Assembly (NCBI GenBank): GCA_965225935.1
Contig: CBDDCC010000016.1
Coordinates: 200,706-224,705 of the forward strand
DNA: 24,000 nt
Direction of reading: 5' to 3'
Source: Rhodospirillales bacterium
GTDB taxonomy: Bacteria > Pseudomonadota > Alphaproteobacteria > Kiloniellales > JAKSDN01
Part shown: positions 23,547 to 24,000 of the stretch, in pieces
How the letters are laid out: each line of letters starts with the position of its first letter
How positions within the stretch are numbered: the stretch's first letter is position 1
Made by a program: the position numbers and the translations under genes
The notes under the pieces: model-generated
Told to the model about the DNA's origin: nothing
Seen by the model: the letters and a program-made list of their open reading frames with translations, nothing else
The model's database searches: none

Positions 23547-24000
23547 ATGCGCATCGACCCGTCTTTCCGGCCGCTCGTCGTAGTGCTCTCGCTGCTGGCC
23601 GCTAGCCTCTCCTGGCCTCTGCAGCCGGCGCGCGCCGCCGATGAGGTCTATCAGGTGAGCGGGATCCCCGTCGACGTGACCGCCGAGACGGCGGCCGCTG
23701 CGCGCGAGGCGGCCTTGGCCGAAGGCCACCAGGAAGCTTTCCGGCGCCTGATGGAACGCCTGGTGCTGGAGGAGGACCAGGTCTACGTGCCCGAGCTGGG
23801 CCAGAGCGAGATCGCGCAGCTGGTGCAGGACTTCTCGGTCTCCAACGAGCGGACCTCGACGGTGCGCTACCTGGCCGATCTCACCTTCCGCTTCAAGCCG
23901 GAAGCCGTGCGCGACCTCTTCCGCTTCCACCGTCTGCGCTTCACCGAGACACGCAGCAAGCCGCTCCTGGTGCTGCCCATCATGCAGACCGAGTCCGGGC
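23547..24000 (+). CDS. Secreted protein, N-terminal part (runs off the window); probably DUF2066 family, divergent from purM
   Basis: Hand translation from ATG 23547 gives [73 protein letters not shown]..., open to 24000. It has a signal peptide with an ARA|AD cleavage site. The divergent-from-purM position and the VYxV..PV start recall DUF2066 proteins, but that assignment is from memory only. Confidence 0.6.
   Translation, partial: MRIDPSFRPLVVVLSLLAASLSWPLQPARAADEVYQVSGIPVDVTAETAAAAREAALAEGHQEAFRRLMERLVLEEDQVYVPELGQSEIAQLVQDFSVSNERTSTVRYLADLTFRFKPEAVRDLFRFHRLRFTETRSKPLLVLPIMQTESG

Noticed and set aside
22332-23930. A 532-aa purM ORF extending upstream to 23930.
   Set aside because: PurM homology starts at MSREDAIAS...[14 protein letters not shown] (ATG 23429). 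The extension is antisense to a well-formed plus-strand secreted-protein gene starting at 23547.
1-24000. A search for defence, toxin-antitoxin, phage, secretion or biosynthetic gene clusters as the hinted novel system.
   Set aside because: Every ORF of substantial size with coding-like composition is accounted for by a housekeeping family or by one of the few uncharacterised single genes listed. Nothing here has the multi-gene architecture of such systems, so I do not claim one.

Overview
This is a high-GC chromosomal segment (roughly two-thirds G+C by eye) with alphaproteobacterium-like gene order, and it is almost entirely housekeeping. From left to right it holds: a truncated membrane protein, rpsR and rpsF (minus strand); fabD and fabG; a two-gene insertion (PG-binding/TPR membrane protein and periplasmic EF-hand protein); acpP, fabF and mltG; yicC and gmk; rsmA, surA and lptD (minus strand); pepA and holC; a GGDEF diguanylate cyclase; a small secreted 4-Cys protein; an ABC-F ATPase (minus strand); ndk; a 40-aa membrane ORF absent from the ORF track; purN and purM (minus strand); and the start of a DUF2066-like gene. 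I found no CRISPR array, rRNA, tRNA, IS element, integrase, toxin-antitoxin pair or recognisable defence system, so I cannot honestly claim a novel multi-gene system here. The observations most worth a second look are: (1) the conserved fabD-fabG-acpP-fabF cluster is split by a 2.4-kb insertion with a long AT-rich divergent control region; (2) ribosomal protein S6 carries a roughly 95-aa C-terminal tail built from a 15-nt tandem repeat (RDR-type pentapeptides); (3) the 40-aa ORF resembles aa3 cytochrome oxidase subunit IV; (4) the GGDEF enzyme has a KxxD in place of the RxxD I-site and sits next to an uncharacterised secreted Cys protein; (5) the lptD-surA-rsmA cluster lacks pdxA. All family assignments come from motifs read by eye, since no database search was possible. 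Many long ORFs in the track are antisense or off-frame shadows, which are typical of high-GC DNA.
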